Positions 15,939 to 25,836 of a stretch of DNA of 39,513 nucleotides are shown piece after piece (positions within the stretch are counted from its first letter, which is position 1; each line of letters opens with the position of its first letter). Under the pieces are notes generated by a model. That model saw only the letters and a program-made list of their open reading frames with translations. It was not told the DNA's origin and ran no database searches. The DNA comes from Geobacteraceae bacterium (GTDB lineage: Bacteria > Desulfobacterota > Desulfuromonadia > Desulfuromonadales > Desulfuromonadaceae): contig JAIVHC010000154.1 in assembly GCA_020201305.1 (NCBI GenBank), positions 1 to 39,513 of the forward strand, in the 5' to 3' direction. The position numbers and the translations under genes were made by a program.

Positions 15939-17590
15939 CTAACGTGCTCTATCTTCTGCACCTGTCCCCGTAGCACAAAGGATATTTTCATCCTGTGGAG
16001 CCACATTCAGGGTAGCATATGTGATCACATTCACCATTCCCGGACGTGCCCCTTTGGGTTGTTTCACATGCTTGCCATGGGTCCACATCACCTGTGCTTT
16101 GGTTTCGTGCTGCAAATTAGAGTAATATGCCGCAATGGCTGCGGCAATCCGGGTATCTGCAGCGGGCGGTTCTCGCCCTTCGGTTTTAAGTACCAGGTGG
16201 CATCCGGGGGCATTGTGGGCATGGAACCACAGATCTTCACCCTTGAGGATTTGACGGGAGAGGAACGCATTGGTGCGGCTGTTGCGCCCCCACAGCAGCT
16301 GAAACCCACCAGGAGTAACACATTTACGCACCAGATCTGCGGGGTTGATGTGGCGTTTACGCATGCGGGTTTTCTTCTGCGAGCGCAGATAGCCGTGCTC
16401 CATAAGTTCAGAGCGGATCACCTCTTCATCCGCAGCGCTATCCACATAGCGCAACTGGAATGCCATTTCATCAAGCCACGCCTGCTCACGTGCGGTTTCC
16501 ATCAGGCGACGTTCGCAGTGTTCCAGGCCCTGACGCGCCTTACGCGCACGATTGTAGGCGCGCTCAATCTGATCTTGCGGGGTTTTACTCGGATTCAGCT
16601 CTATAACCAAATCTACAGGAGGGTCAACATAGTAGTTCTGCACTGTCACTTCAACCATGCCGCGCTGTAATAAATATCGGTGCGCATCCAGAAGTTCGGC
16701 GTGGCGCTGATACTCTTCATGGCGCTGGCATGCATCCAGTTCCGCTTCAATATTGGCACAGCGTTTGTGCATCTTTTTTTGCGCTTTTCCAACCAGCGAT
16801 ACCAGGGCTGGATCAGCGCTGTAGGAAGATGCATCATTACTAAGATGGGCAAGTTGGTCGAGCAAATAGAGGTTAAGATCAGGTGAATGCCCCTGAAGCC
16901 CGGCGTCGTCTACCTGAGGATCACACATGCTGAAAACCTTACCCACCCGACATGGAGTCAGGGTTCCCGATTCCCACGCCTCGGCAAAATGCTGCAGGGG
17001 TTCGATAGACCCACTGCGGAGTATCTGCGCAGCGAGAGTGCGCGCTACAGTCTTACTCATGGGGAAGATATGACGCTGAATCGAGGCGGCATCCATACTG
17101 CCACTGAAACAGGATTGCTGATCTACTTTCTCCAACTGTTGTGGCAGGCCTGAGTTGGGATTACCGTTCGGCGCAGTTGATCCACCACGCGATTATCCGC
17201 TGCATACAACAGCATATTCGCATGGCGACCGAAAAGATCTAGCACCAGGCACATGGGTACTCCTTCCCGGGATTCAAAAAAGAGACCGACGCGCCGGTCA
17301 AAGCCGAGCATGCTGATACGGGTCAAACGATGCAGATGCGCACGCAACAGCTGACAAAAACGTGGGGGCTGCATGGGGTTGCGGTATTTGCTCGACATGA
17401 TGCCCAGATATACTGCACCATTCGCAATACTCAGCTCCAGCGGCTGTTCGGCGCGTCCATTCCACAGATGGATGATGAGGAGATCGGCGCGCGGCTGGTG
17501 GATTTTTTTTACCAAAGCGCCGCGCAATCCGGCGTGCAATTGCGCCGCGAGGGCCTCGGTGAAGAAGTAATCGAGATTCATAGGATTCAC
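15939..17590 (-). pseudogene. rqcH: RqcH / NFACT-family (FbpA-like) ribosome quality-control protein, split by a frameshift into 17123..17590 and 15939..17135
   Basis: The N-terminal ORF is an NFACT-N domain (KKIHQP, PRFCQLLRAHL, GFDRR with the conserved Asp-Arg). The C-terminal ORF has a coiled-coil middle and an NFACT-R/DUF814 block (LLWGRNSRTNAFL...DLWFHAHNAPGCHLVLK). The two frames overlap between 17123 and 17192. Confidence 0.65.
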
Positions 17591-17609
17591 ATTTATATAT
17601 TATTATCGT

Positions 17610-18665
17610 TTGCACATAATGGAAATAGGGGTAGAATCCGCCCCATTGATTCCTGCTACTAAGCCCAACATAAGTCGGGCTAAACCATTAAAATACGGGT
17701 ACTACACATTGGATTCACACAAAGAACATAAACAGCAAAAAAAACAGATTATAAGCGCCCTTGAGGCACTTCCCTTTTTAGCTCTTGCAAGGATAGCACG
17801 AATCCTGCCGCGTATGACAGCACTGCGCCTCGGAGCGATACTGGGTAGAGGGAGTCGCTTCATGCAGCCGGAGCGGCGTAAAATCGCATATACGAATCTT
17901 AAACACGCGTATCCGGAAAAATCGGAAGAGTGGATTGATACCCAGATCAAGCGAGTATTTGAGCATCTGGGGGTGAGCGGCATAGAGATGCTGCGTCTGG
18001 ATAAGTTCAACTCACGAGCGGATCTGGAGCGCTACTTCACTTTTGATGGACTTGAACATCTGGAACAGATTCGCGCCGAGGGCACAGGAGCGTTTATCCT
18101 CTCGGCACATATCGGCTTCTGGGAGGTGGGCACCTTCTTCATGCCCATGCTCGGTTACGATGTAGATTTTGTCGCGAAACGTATTCGGAATAAATATGTA
18201 CACGATTTCTTTGAACGCCAGCGTGAAGCTGCAGGGGGACGTTGTATCGAGAGTAAGCGTGGTGCACGTAGGATCATGCGTTCTTTGATGCAAAAGCGCA
18301 TGGTTTGTCTCCTGCTGGATCAGCATCCATCCAAAAAACATGCCCTCCTGGCGGATTTCTTCGGTCGCCCGGCTTATACCACTCCGGTAATTGCGCAGAT
18401 GGCCCTGAAAGCCAAGGTACCGGTGGTCCCGGTGTTTGTATTCCGCAAGCCGGATTACACCTACCATGTAGAGATAGGAACTCCACTCAGACGCTCAGGA
18501 GAAGCATCTCCGGAAAATGTGGCTGCATTTACCCGCGAAATGACCCACATCACCGAAGAAGCAATCCGCAAAAAACCGGATCAGTGGTTCTGGGTACACC
18601 GACGCTGGCGCAGTGTGACGGCAGAAGATATCGCGGCTGAGGGGCAGAGCCATGGAAGCCGCTAG
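17610..18665 (+). CDS. Lipid A biosynthesis lauroyl/myristoyl acyltransferase family protein (LpxL/HtrB-like LPLAT)
   Basis: Motifs NLKHAYPEKS and the HX4(D/E) active-site block SAHIGFWEV are typical of the LpxL family. The start is uncertain (TTG 17610, ATG 17619 or TTG 17709), with no convincing RBS. Confidence 0.7.
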   Translation: MHIMEIGVESAPLIPATKPNISRAKPLKYGYYTLDSHKEHKQQKKQIISALEALPFLALARIARILPRMTALRLGAILGRGSRFMQPERRKIAYTNLKHAYPEKSEEWIDTQIKRVFEHLGVSGIEMLRLDKFNSRADLERYFTFDGLEHLEQIRAEGTGAFILSAHIGFWEVGTFFMPMLGYDVDFVAKRIRNKYVHDFFERQREAAGGRCIESKRGARRIMRSLMQKRMVCLLLDQHPSKKHALLADFFGRPAYTTPVIAQMALKAKVPVVPVFVFRKPDYTYHVEIGTPLRRSGEASPENVAAFTREMTHITEEAIRKKPDQWFWVHRRWRSVTAEDIAAEGQSHGSR

Positions 18666-19140
18666 TGCCATCCTTAACATTGTCCTCGTCGAACCGGAGA
18701 TCCCTCCGAATACGGGCAATATCGGGCGCCTGTGTGCTGCAACCGGAGCACATCTGCACCTGGTGGAACCACTGGGATTCTCTCTGGAAGATAAACACAT
18801 GAAACGCGCCGGGCTCGACTACTGGCCGCATGTGAAATTACACCGCTGGGATAGTTTCATTCAGCTGCAACGCGCCTATCCTGAAGCACGCTGGTGGTTG
18901 ACGAGCAAGAAAGCCGCACTTCCATATACCCACGCCACCTTTAAAGAAGGAGATTTTCTCGTCTTCGGCAAGGAGAGTGCAGGATTACCCGACTCAATAC
19001 TGAAAGCGCATGCGCCCGATATGTGTATCCGCATTCCCGTTTTCAATCCTGCAGTCCGAAGCCTGAATCTGGGGAATGCGGTGGGGATTATTCTATATGA
19101 AGCCCTGCGCCAACTCGGGATAGAAGGTGCGGAAAGCTAA
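18652..19140 (+). CDS. trmL: tRNA (cytidine/uridine-34 2'-O)-methyltransferase, SpoU/TrmL family
   Basis: 162-aa ORF. LNIVLVEPEIPPNTGNIGRLCAATGAHLHLVEPLGF and LVFGKESAGLP...IRIP...RSLNL match TrmL (YibK). It overlaps the upstream gene by 14 nt. Confidence 0.85.
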   Translation: MEAASAILNIVLVEPEIPPNTGNIGRLCAATGAHLHLVEPLGFSLEDKHMKRAGLDYWPHVKLHRWDSFIQLQRAYPEARWWLTSKKAALPYTHATFKEGDFLVFGKESAGLPDSILKAHAPDMCIRIPVFNPAVRSLNLGNAVGIILYEALRQLGIEGAES

Positions 19141-19147
19141 ATATCTC

Positions 19148-20710
19148 TCAACGCCTGATCCTGCGTTTCAGCATACCTACGACTTCACTGATCTCTCTTA
19201 AGCCCATAATCCACCCGGCAACGGTATAAACCAGCGCGCCTGCAAACACAGCAAAGGCAAGTATCAGGGCATTGAAGAGTGTAAAACCGACGCTCCAGGC
19301 TCCGTAATGTAGGACGGCATAAACCACAACGCCCATCACAGCGCTTGCAGCGCACGCCTTCACAAAGACACCGCCCAGGGGTGCGATTTCCAGATTACGC
19401 CCCAGATTGCGCCGCATCAGGATAAACAGCACCAGCGCGTTGAACAACGACGCCAGAGTTAAGGCAGCTGCGAGACCTACATAGGCGTAGTACTGCATCA
19501 ACACAAGCCCGCCAACGCCATTCACAAGGAGGGTCCAGAATGAAACATATACAGGGGTGCGCGTATCCTCCCACGCATGAAACAGGGGGACAATAACGCG
19601 GCTGATCCCCACAAATACGAGGCCGGGGGCGTATGCAACCAGGGCTATGGCTGTATTGTTTACATCAGTAAACGTAAAAGCTCCACGCATGAACAACTGA
19701 CTGAATAACGCCTGAGAACACAATGCAAGACCAACAGAAGCTGGAATAGTGATGATAAAGATAAGGCTCAGGGCATGCTGCAGAGAACCCAGCAGTTCAG
19801 ACTCCTCACGCGCTGCGGCCTGCTGACTCATGGTGGGCAACAGTGCCTGTGCCAGAGAGGCGATAAAGATCCCCTGGGGAAATTCGAACAGACGCTGACT
19901 GTAATACAGATAGGAAACGCTCCCCTGCTCCAGAAATGATGCCAGCAAGCGGGTTACCACCATATTGATCTGATAGATAGCTACACCGAGCACTCCGGGA
20001 AGCATGAGGAGGGCAATGCGCTTCACTGCTGGATGATCGACGCGCCATACCGGGCGGAGGCTGAATCCGTAGCGTTTAAGTATTGGAAGCGTAACGAGGA
20101 GTTGCAGAATACCCCCCACTACAACACCCCACGCCAACGCCTCAATAGGAATGGCGAAAAAACTGCTGAAAAACAGGGCACTGCAGATTATACTCAGGTT
20201 GAGAAGAACCGGGGATAACGCCGGGATAAAGAAGTGCCCATACACGTTGAGAATACCGGTGGCGAGAGCCAGCAGACTGACAAAAAATATGTATGGAAAC
20301 ATGGTGCGGGTCAGATCGATGGTAAGGAGCATCTTCCCCGGCACGCTACCAAAACCGTGCCCTACGATATTTACAATCCACGGTGCACACAGAACCCCCA
20401 ACGCGGTTACCACCGCCATCACCAGTAACAATAACGACCAGCACTGGCGCGCTACCCTGACTGCATCCGGATGGCCACCGCTGTGGCGTACTCCGGAGAA
20501 CACCGGAACAAAAGCGGCAGTAAGGGAGCCCTCGGCAAAAAAGCGCCGCAAGAGGTTGGGAATCGTAAAAGCGATAAAAAATGCATCGGTGCCAAAACCG
20601 GCGCCAAACATAGTTGCAATTACAATATCCCGTATCAGCCCTGTGCACCGACTCATGAGGGTGGAAGCACCCAGAACCGCAGCAGCAGCCAGTGTTCGTG
20701 TGCGACTCAT
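19148..20710 (-). CDS. murJ: Lipid II flippase MurJ (MviN)
   Basis: Polytopic protein. The N-terminus ...LMSRCTGLIRDIVIATMFGAGFGTDAFFIAFTIPNLLRRFFAEGSL is a hallmark of MurJ. ATG 20710 (MSRTRTL) is preferred over the TTG at 20728. Confidence 0.85.
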   Translation of the reverse strand: MSRTRTLAAAAVLGASTLMSRCTGLIRDIVIATMFGAGFGTDAFFIAFTIPNLLRRFFAEGSLTAAFVPVFSGVRHSGGHPDAVRVARQCWSLLLLVMAVVTALGVLCAPWIVNIVGHGFGSVPGKMLLTIDLTRTMFPYIFFVSLLALATGILNVYGHFFIPALSPVLLNLSIICSALFFSSFFAIPIEALAWGVVVGGILQLLVTLPILKRYGFSLRPVWRVDHPAVKRIALLMLPGVLGVAIYQINMVVTRLLASFLEQGSVSYLYYSQRLFEFPQGIFIASLAQALLPTMSQQAAAREESELLGSLQHALSLIFIITIPASVGLALCSQALFSQLFMRGAFTFTDVNNTAIALVAYAPGLVFVGISRVIVPLFHAWEDTRTPVYVSFWTLLVNGVGGLVLMQYYAYVGLAAALTLASLFNALVLFILMRRNLGRNLEIAPLGGVFVKACAASAVMGVVVYAVLHYGAWSVGFTLFNALILAFAVFAGALVYTVAGWIMGLREISEVVGMLKRRIRR

Positions 20711-20817
20711 GACTTCACCGAAGCACAAAAGGGATTATTTATATTTAATCCTAAGTAAAATTGCGCTATGTTGCTGTATTTATGTGCTTTTTCAACATAC
20801 ATGATTATATACTTATC

Positions 20818-20846
20818 TTGACACCAACCTGCCAGAGTGCTATAAG
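20818..20846 (+). promoter_or_regulatory. Sigma-70-type promoter for rpsT
   Basis: TTGACA (20818..20823), a 17-nt spacer, then TATAAG (20841..20846). This predicts a leader of about 120 nt before the rpsT ATG. Confidence 0.55.
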
Positions 20847-20972
20847 TCTGATCTGCACATTGAGTGAAACCCAAGACAGAGTGCGAAGAACGCAATACAT
20901 AGAGTGGTAGAGTAAATACTTAAACCTGGATACACAATTTAAACATCAAACATAACACACGGAGATCGACAC

Positions 20973-21236
20973 ATGGCCAATCATAAATCAGCCCTGAAGC
21001 GTAATCGTCAGAGTATTGTGCGTAACACCCGCAACGTGCATGTCCGCAGTACCATGCGCACCCTGGTAAAAAATGTGCGCAATGCGGTTGCAGCACAAGA
21101 CAAAGAAGCTGCCACTGCCGCGCTGGAGAAAGCAATCCCTTACATTAATAAGAGTGCAAGCAAAGGGATTATTCATAAAGCTACTGCAAGTCGCAAAATC
21201 AGCCGTCTGACCAAGCTGGTTAACTCACTGGGTTAA
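20973..21236 (+). CDS. rpsT: 30S ribosomal protein S20
   Basis: 87-aa [24 protein letters not shown]...[16 protein letters not shown] is unmistakably S20. A GGAG RBS sits upstream. Confidence 0.95.
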   Translation: MANHKSALKRNRQSIVRNTRNVHVRSTMRTLVKNVRNAVAAQDKEAATAALEKAIPYINKSASKGIIHKATASRKISRLTKLVNSLG

Positions 21237-21252
21237 ATCAGGCTGGGGTTTG

Positions 21253-21300
21253 AAATAAGGTAAAAAAAAAGGGCTGCGGCCCTTTTTTTGTACCTTATTT
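21253..21300. terminator. Bidirectional rho-independent terminator between convergent rpsT and holA
   Basis: aaataaggtaaaaaaaaagggc-tgcg-gccctttttttgtaccttattt. This is a 22-bp arm pair with one mismatch. The GGGC/GCCC core is flanked by an A9 and a T7 tract, so it reads as a terminator on both strands. Confidence 0.7.
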
Positions 21301-21374
21301 CCGTTTAAAGCCACCCCTTCGAACGCCACTACGAGGGCAACAAATGCTATCTAGCCGGAAGGTCAACTGTCAAC

Positions 21375-22403
21375 CTACCCCCGGCTACCAACCTCACGGG
21401 GAGAGTTGCTGAGACTTACCAGGCGAGTAATACATACCTGCATAACCGCAGGCGGCTGCCCAGCGCTGGACTTAAGATCCATATCTGTCTGCACAAAAAG
21501 AGCATATATATCTACAAACACCGCTTCATCAAACATACGTGCCTGGTTAATGGTCTTGGAAGCAAAATATGGATTAATCCCAACACGTTTGCATATTTCC
21601 CCCTGGGATGCATTGTGTTTCAGCAACGAATTCACCTTCCACAACTGGCGAAAATGACGCACCAGCATGGTAAGAATTTTAAGAGGATGTTCTCCTTCGT
21701 GCTGTAGACGCTCAGTTAAAAGGAGCGCCTCGCCCAGATTCCCGCTTCCGGCAGCATCGGTAAGATCGAAGATACTGTCAACCCGGGTATCCGATACTAC
21801 CGCGATTACGTGATCTACTTCAATAAGTGGCTCATCTGCACCAGAGTAGCTCACCAGCTTGTCTAACTCGGCCACAACTTCGCTGAGATTTGTTCCCACG
21901 CGACGACAGAACAGCTCCAGTGCATCTTCAGTAAAGCGCTTTTGTACTTTCGTTACGCGCTCCTTTACAAACGCAGGGATCCTGTCGGGATAGAAGCGTT
22001 TAAATTCAACGAGTTCACCGTGTTTCTTAAAGTTGGTGAAGAACTTTTTCCGTTTGTCGATCTTGTCGGCACACAATACCAGACAGGTTGAATCCAGAGG
22101 TTTTTTAACATATTTGAGTAGTTGTTCGTACTCGTCTGCAGTAAAACGCTGGGTCTCTTTGACCACTATGCAGCGGCGCGGTGCAAATACCGGATAAGCG
22201 TGTGCAGCATCGAGAATCTCTTCGACAGTGTTGTCGTTAGCGGAAAATATATCGAGATTAAAATCGCGATCTTCCGGTGCTACCGCAGCATCGATCACCT
22301 CTTTGAGGGACTCGTTTAACAAAAAAGCCTCCTCCCCGTACAAGAACAGCAGGGAAGGAAGCTTTCGTGCTGCAACAGCCCGGGCCAACTCGGCTGCTTT
22401 CAT
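21375..22403 (-). CDS. holA: DNA polymerase III subunit delta
   Basis: 342-aa ORF with a typical HolA N-terminus (LPSLLFLYGEEAFLL). It sits in the conserved leuS-lptE-holA position. A GGAG RBS lies upstream of ATG 22403. Confidence 0.8.
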   Translation of the reverse strand: MKAAELARAVAARKLPSLLFLYGEEAFLLNESLKEVIDAAVAPEDRDFNLDIFSANDNTVEEILDAAHAYPVFAPRRCIVVKETQRFTADEYEQLLKYVKKPLDSTCLVLCADKIDKRKKFFTNFKKHGELVEFKRFYPDRIPAFVKERVTKVQKRFTEDALELFCRRVGTNLSEVVAELDKLVSYSGADEPLIEVDHVIAVVSDTRVDSIFDLTDAAGSGNLGEALLLTERLQHEGEHPLKILTMLVRHFRQLWKVNSLLKHNASQGEICKRVGINPYFASKTINQARMFDEAVFVDIYALFVQTDMDLKSSAGQPPAVMQVCITRLVSLSNSPREVGSRG

Positions 22404-22470
22404 GCTTAGCTCCGATTAGAAATTATCGACTATGCGATTAAACAATTCCGAAGCGAGACGGAATGTTAGT

Positions 22471-22740
22471 TCATCCTGTACCAGAAATTATGGCATCGGA
22501 TTTACTCCGCTTCGACACTACCTCAAAACCGGGGCGGCGCGCAAATTGAGCACGCACTTCAGATGTAAGTTTGTTTTCAATAAACGGCTCTGCTGTGCGA
22601 TTAACCATCACCTCAACAAAGATCTTTTTTACATCGGCGGGGATTGCATCTCCGCGACCCGGGAGATGGTAGCCACATCCGCCTACAAGCCATACGCACA
22701 GAAATAAACATGCAACGGTGTATTTCGTTCCGCGTCTCAT
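22471..22740 (-). CDS. lptE: LptE-like LPS-assembly lipoprotein, unusually short (89 aa; possibly truncated)
   Basis: Lipobox LVGGC followed by GYHLPGRG (LptE proteins typically begin CG[FWY]xLRG). It overlaps the leuS stop as ATGA and occupies the conserved leuS-lptE-holA slot. The ORF ends after ...DAIISGTG, only 67 nt before holA. Confidence 0.55.
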   Translation of the reverse strand: MRRGTKYTVACLFLCVWLVGGCGYHLPGRGDAIPADVKKIFVEVMVNRTAEPFIENKLTSEVRAQFARRPGFEVVSKRSKSDAIISGTG

Positions 22741-25289
22741 GCGACCACCACGTTTACAAGTTTTCCGGGGACGACAATAATCTTCCGGATTGTTTTATCC
22801 GCGGTAAAGCGCTTCACCTGATCATCCGCAAGGGTTTGTTCTTCCACATCGGCATTGGAAGCGCTTGCAGGCACCGTAATACGTGCGCGTACCTTGCCGT
22901 TGATCTGCACCACGATAAGTTTTTCATCCTCCTGCATCAACTCCACGTCCGCTTCAGGCCAACCGATAGCATCAATACTGCCATTTTGTCCCATTATGCT
23001 CCACAACTCTTCACAGATATGCGGCACAAAGGGAGCAAGCAGGCGTACGGTTGTTTCCAGCGCTTCACGTATCGCACCGCAACACGCTGCTTTATCCTTC
23101 ACCGCGTACACACTGTTAACCAACTCCATAACTGCTGCAATAGCAGTATTAAAGTGGAAACTTCCCTCAATATCGCGTGTAACCTTAGAAATGGTCTGGT
23201 GGGTTTTGCGTCGTAATGTACGTGCTTCCGGAGCGCTATCTCCTGCAATGGGCCGGGAGAAGATATCGCTATTTTCATATACGGCACGCCACACCCGGTT
23301 CAGAAAACGATAGCAGCCCTCTACACTTTGCTCATTCCACTCCAGATCCTTTTCCGGAGGTGCAGCAAAGAGAGAGAACAGACGCGCGGTATCTGCGCCG
23401 TAGGTAGCGATGAGATGGTCGGGATCCACCACGTTTTTCTTCGACTTACTCATCTTTTCGGTGCGTCCGCCAATCACCTCAGAGCCGCATTTGCTGCAGC
23501 GACCGTCCTGCACCTCTTCGGGATAGAGCCAGCCGTGCTCAGGGCAGGACTGGGTCTCCTTACATACCATGCCCTGGGTGAGAAGATTGGTAAAGGGCTC
23601 AGAGATATCGAGCAAGCCCAGGTCACGCATAACTTTGGTAAAAAAGCGTGCGTACAACAGGTGCATCACCGCGTGTTCCACCCCGCCAATGTACTGATCT
23701 ACGGGAAGCCAGTAGTTGGCTTCATCGCGATTGAGAGGAGCTTCCTCTGTATGTGGACAGGCATAGCGCGCAAAGTACCAGGAACTCTCGACAAAGGTAT
23801 CGAAGGTGTCTGTTTCACGCCGTGCCGGGGCACCACATTTGGGACAGGTGGTTTCATAGAACGCCGCGTGCTGTGCGAGCGGGCTCCCTCCCTCACCTTT
23901 GAACTCGACATCGCGCGGCAGTACCACAGGCAGATCCTCTGCCTTTACCGGAACCGGACCACAACTATCGCAGTATACAATCGGGATGGGGGTTCCCCAA
24001 TAGCGCTGGCGCGACACACCCCAATCGCGCAGACGGTAGTTGATACTTTTAGTACCGAAACCCTGCTCTTCCAGGTAATCCGCAATTTTTTCTTTGGCGC
24101 TTTCGTTATCGAGGCCATTAAACTGAGCAGAGTTGACCATCACACCCGGGGCAGTCCAGGCTTCGGACATATCCTCGGCATTTAGTTCCTCACCTTCGGG
24201 GCTCACCACCACAACCATGGGAATATCGTATTTACGTGCAAAGTCAAAATCACGCTGATCGTGGGTCGGAACCGCCATAACTGCACCGGTACCGTAGTCC
24301 ATGAGGACAAAGTTAGCCAGATATATCGGCATCTTGCACCCACTCACCGGGTTTATACAGTAGGTGCCGGTAAACACACCTTCCTTTTCAAAATCTTCAC
24401 TGGTGCGCTTCTTTTTATCCTGCTTTTTCACCTTGGCAATAAAACCGTCAACATCTTCCTTCTGCTCTGCGGTAGTGAGTTTCTGCGCCAGCGGATGCTC
24501 AGGGGCGAGACTCATGAAGGTAGCGCCAAACACGGTATCCTGACGCGTGGTAAATACCGAAATTGTTTCCGCGCCGTCCTCTGTTTTGAAATTGATTTCG
24601 CATCCGGTACTGCGCCCGATCCAGTTACGCTGCATGGTAAGTACCGATTCGGGCCAACCGGGGAGATTATAGGTGTCTTCAAGCAACTCATCTGCATAGG
24701 CAGTAATTTTAAAAAACCACTGATCCAGCTCTTTATCGCTAACCTCGGTACCGCAGCGCCAGCAGCATTCATCTTCAACCTGCTCGTTGGCGAGTACCGT
24801 CTGACAAGATTCACACCAATTTACGCTTGAGCTTTTTTTATACGCCAGGCCCTTGTCAAACATCTGCAGGAACATGAGCTGTTCCCAGCGGTAGTAATCA
24901 GCATCACAGGTGGCAAACTCTCGCTCCCAATCGTAGGAGAGTCCCATTTTTTTCAACTGTTTGCGCATGTTGGCTATATTTTCAATGGTCCACTTTGCCG
25001 GGTGGGTACCGTGCTGGATAGCAGCATTTTCAGCCGGCATTCCGAAAGCGTCCCACCCCATGGGATGGAGAACATTGAACCCCTGCAAACGTTTGAAGCG
25101 CGCGACTACATCACCAATGGAATAGTTACGCACATGCCCCATGTGGATTCGTCCGGAGGGATAGGGAAACATCTCCAGAACGTAGTATTTTTCTCGATCA
25201 TCGCGGGGTTCAGCTTTATATTGAGCAGTCTCATCCCAGCGCTGCTGCCATTTCTGCTCAATTTGTGCGGGGCTGTAACTTTCTTCCAT
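22737..25289 (-). CDS. leuS: Leucine--tRNA ligase
   Basis: HIGH-type motif [11 protein letters not shown], a KMSKS motif (EKMSKSKKN), and Zn-binding Cys clusters in the CP1/editing region. ATG 25289 ([15 protein letters not shown]) is preferred over the track start at 25325. Confidence 0.95.
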   Translation of the reverse strand: MEESYSPAQIEQKWQQRWDETAQYKAEPRDDREKYYVLEMFPYPSGRIHMGHVRNYSIGDVVARFKRLQGFNVLHPMGWDAFGMPAENAAIQHGTHPAKWTIENIANMRKQLKKMGLSYDWEREFATCDADYYRWEQLMFLQMFDKGLAYKKSSSVNWCESCQTVLANEQVEDECCWRCGTEVSDKELDQWFFKITAYADELLEDTYNLPGWPESVLTMQRNWIGRSTGCEINFKTEDGAETISVFTTRQDTVFGATFMSLAPEHPLAQKLTTAEQKEDVDGFIAKVKKQDKKKRTSEDFEKEGVFTGTYCINPVSGCKMPIYLANFVLMDYGTGAVMAVPTHDQRDFDFARKYDIPMVVVVSPEGEELNAEDMSEAWTAPGVMVNSAQFNGLDNESAKEKIADYLEEQGFGTKSINYRLRDWGVSRQRYWGTPIPIVYCDSCGPVPVKAEDLPVVLPRDVEFKGEGGSPLAQHAAFYETTCPKCGAPARRETDTFDTFVESSWYFARYACPHTEEAPLNRDEANYWLPVDQYIGGVEHAVMHLLYARFFTKVMRDLGLLDISEPFTNLLTQGMVCKETQSCPEHGWLYPEEVQDGRCSKCGSEVIGGRTEKMSKSKKNVVDPDHLIATYGADTARLFSLFAAPPEKDLEWNEQSVEGCYRFLNRVWRAVYENSDIFSRPIAGDSAPEARTLRRKTHQTISKVTRDIEGSFHFNTAIAAVMELVNSVYAVKDKAACCGAIREALETTVRLLAPFVPHICEELWSIMGQNGSIDAIGWPEADVELMQEDEKLIVVQINGKVRARITVPASASNADVEEQTLADDQVKRFTADKTIRKIIVVPGKLVNVVVA

Positions 25290-25345
25290 CACGCTTCTGT
25301 CGCCTCCGTGTCGTGGGTTGTGCAAACCCGTTTGCGGATCAAATT

Positions 25346-25369
25346 AAAAAGCCGGCATCAGCCGGCTTT
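25346..25369 (-). terminator. Rho-independent terminator downstream of infA
   Basis: aaaaaGCCGGC-atca-GCCGGCttt. On the minus strand the 6-9 bp stem is followed by TTTTT. It lies about 90 nt after the infA stop and upstream of leuS. Confidence 0.65.
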
Positions 25370-25458
25370 ATGCTATAGACACCAAAATTCCCCCTTTGTG
25401 TGCCAAAATCTGCAAATATGCTGGCACGGCATCAGGGGATTAGCGCTCGTAATACGTC

Positions 25459-25677
25459 CTACTTTTCCCGGTATGTAATCCGACCCCGGGTCAGATCATA
25501 CGGAGAAAGTTCAACCGTAACCCGATCACCAGGCAAAATACGGATATAAAATTTGCGCATCTTTCCGGAAATATGCGCCAGTACGATATGGTCGTTATCC
25601 AGTTTCACCCGGAACATGGCATTGGGCAACGGCTCGATAACGGTGCCTTCTACCTCAATTGCTTCTTCTTTAGCCAA
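25459..25677 (-). CDS. infA: Translation initiation factor IF-1
   Basis: 72-aa [72 protein letters not shown] is canonical IF-1. It appears to start at TTG, with AGGAGG 5 nt upstream. Confidence 0.95.
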   Translation of the reverse strand: MAKEEAIEVEGTVIEPLPNAMFRVKLDNDHIVLAHISGKMRKFYIRILPGDRVTVELSPYDLTRGRITYREK

Positions 25678-25729
25678 GAGTGCCTCCTGATATAAAAAAT
25701 CACCTCATGTAATTCATGTAAGGTGAATG

Positions 25730-25759
25730 CGTATAGCATCGAATGAACTACAATGTCAA
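25730..25759 (-). promoter_or_regulatory. Candidate sigma-70 promoter for infA
   Basis: On the minus strand: TTGACA (25759..25754), an 18-nt spacer, then TATACG (25735..25730). Confidence 0.4.
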
Positions 25760-25836
25760 GTGCGCCGCATCACCTCGATGCTATAAGATGCGGTGCCACA
25801 GCTTCGATCCGTAAAGCCCGACAGATTCCTGGAAGC

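Noticed and set aside
23328-24185. 285-aa plus-strand ORF inside leuS. Similar cases are 34891..35679 inside tatD-rSAM and 37109..37651 inside hflC.
   Set aside because: These are shadow ORFs opposite strongly supported housekeeping genes. They have no motifs and no start signals.
25290-25458. Possible T-box or other leader riboswitch upstream of leuS
   Set aside because: The spacer is only ~170 nt and is largely taken up by the infA terminator. I see no T-box consensus (AANNNGGGTGGTACCGCG-like) and no specifier-loop architecture.
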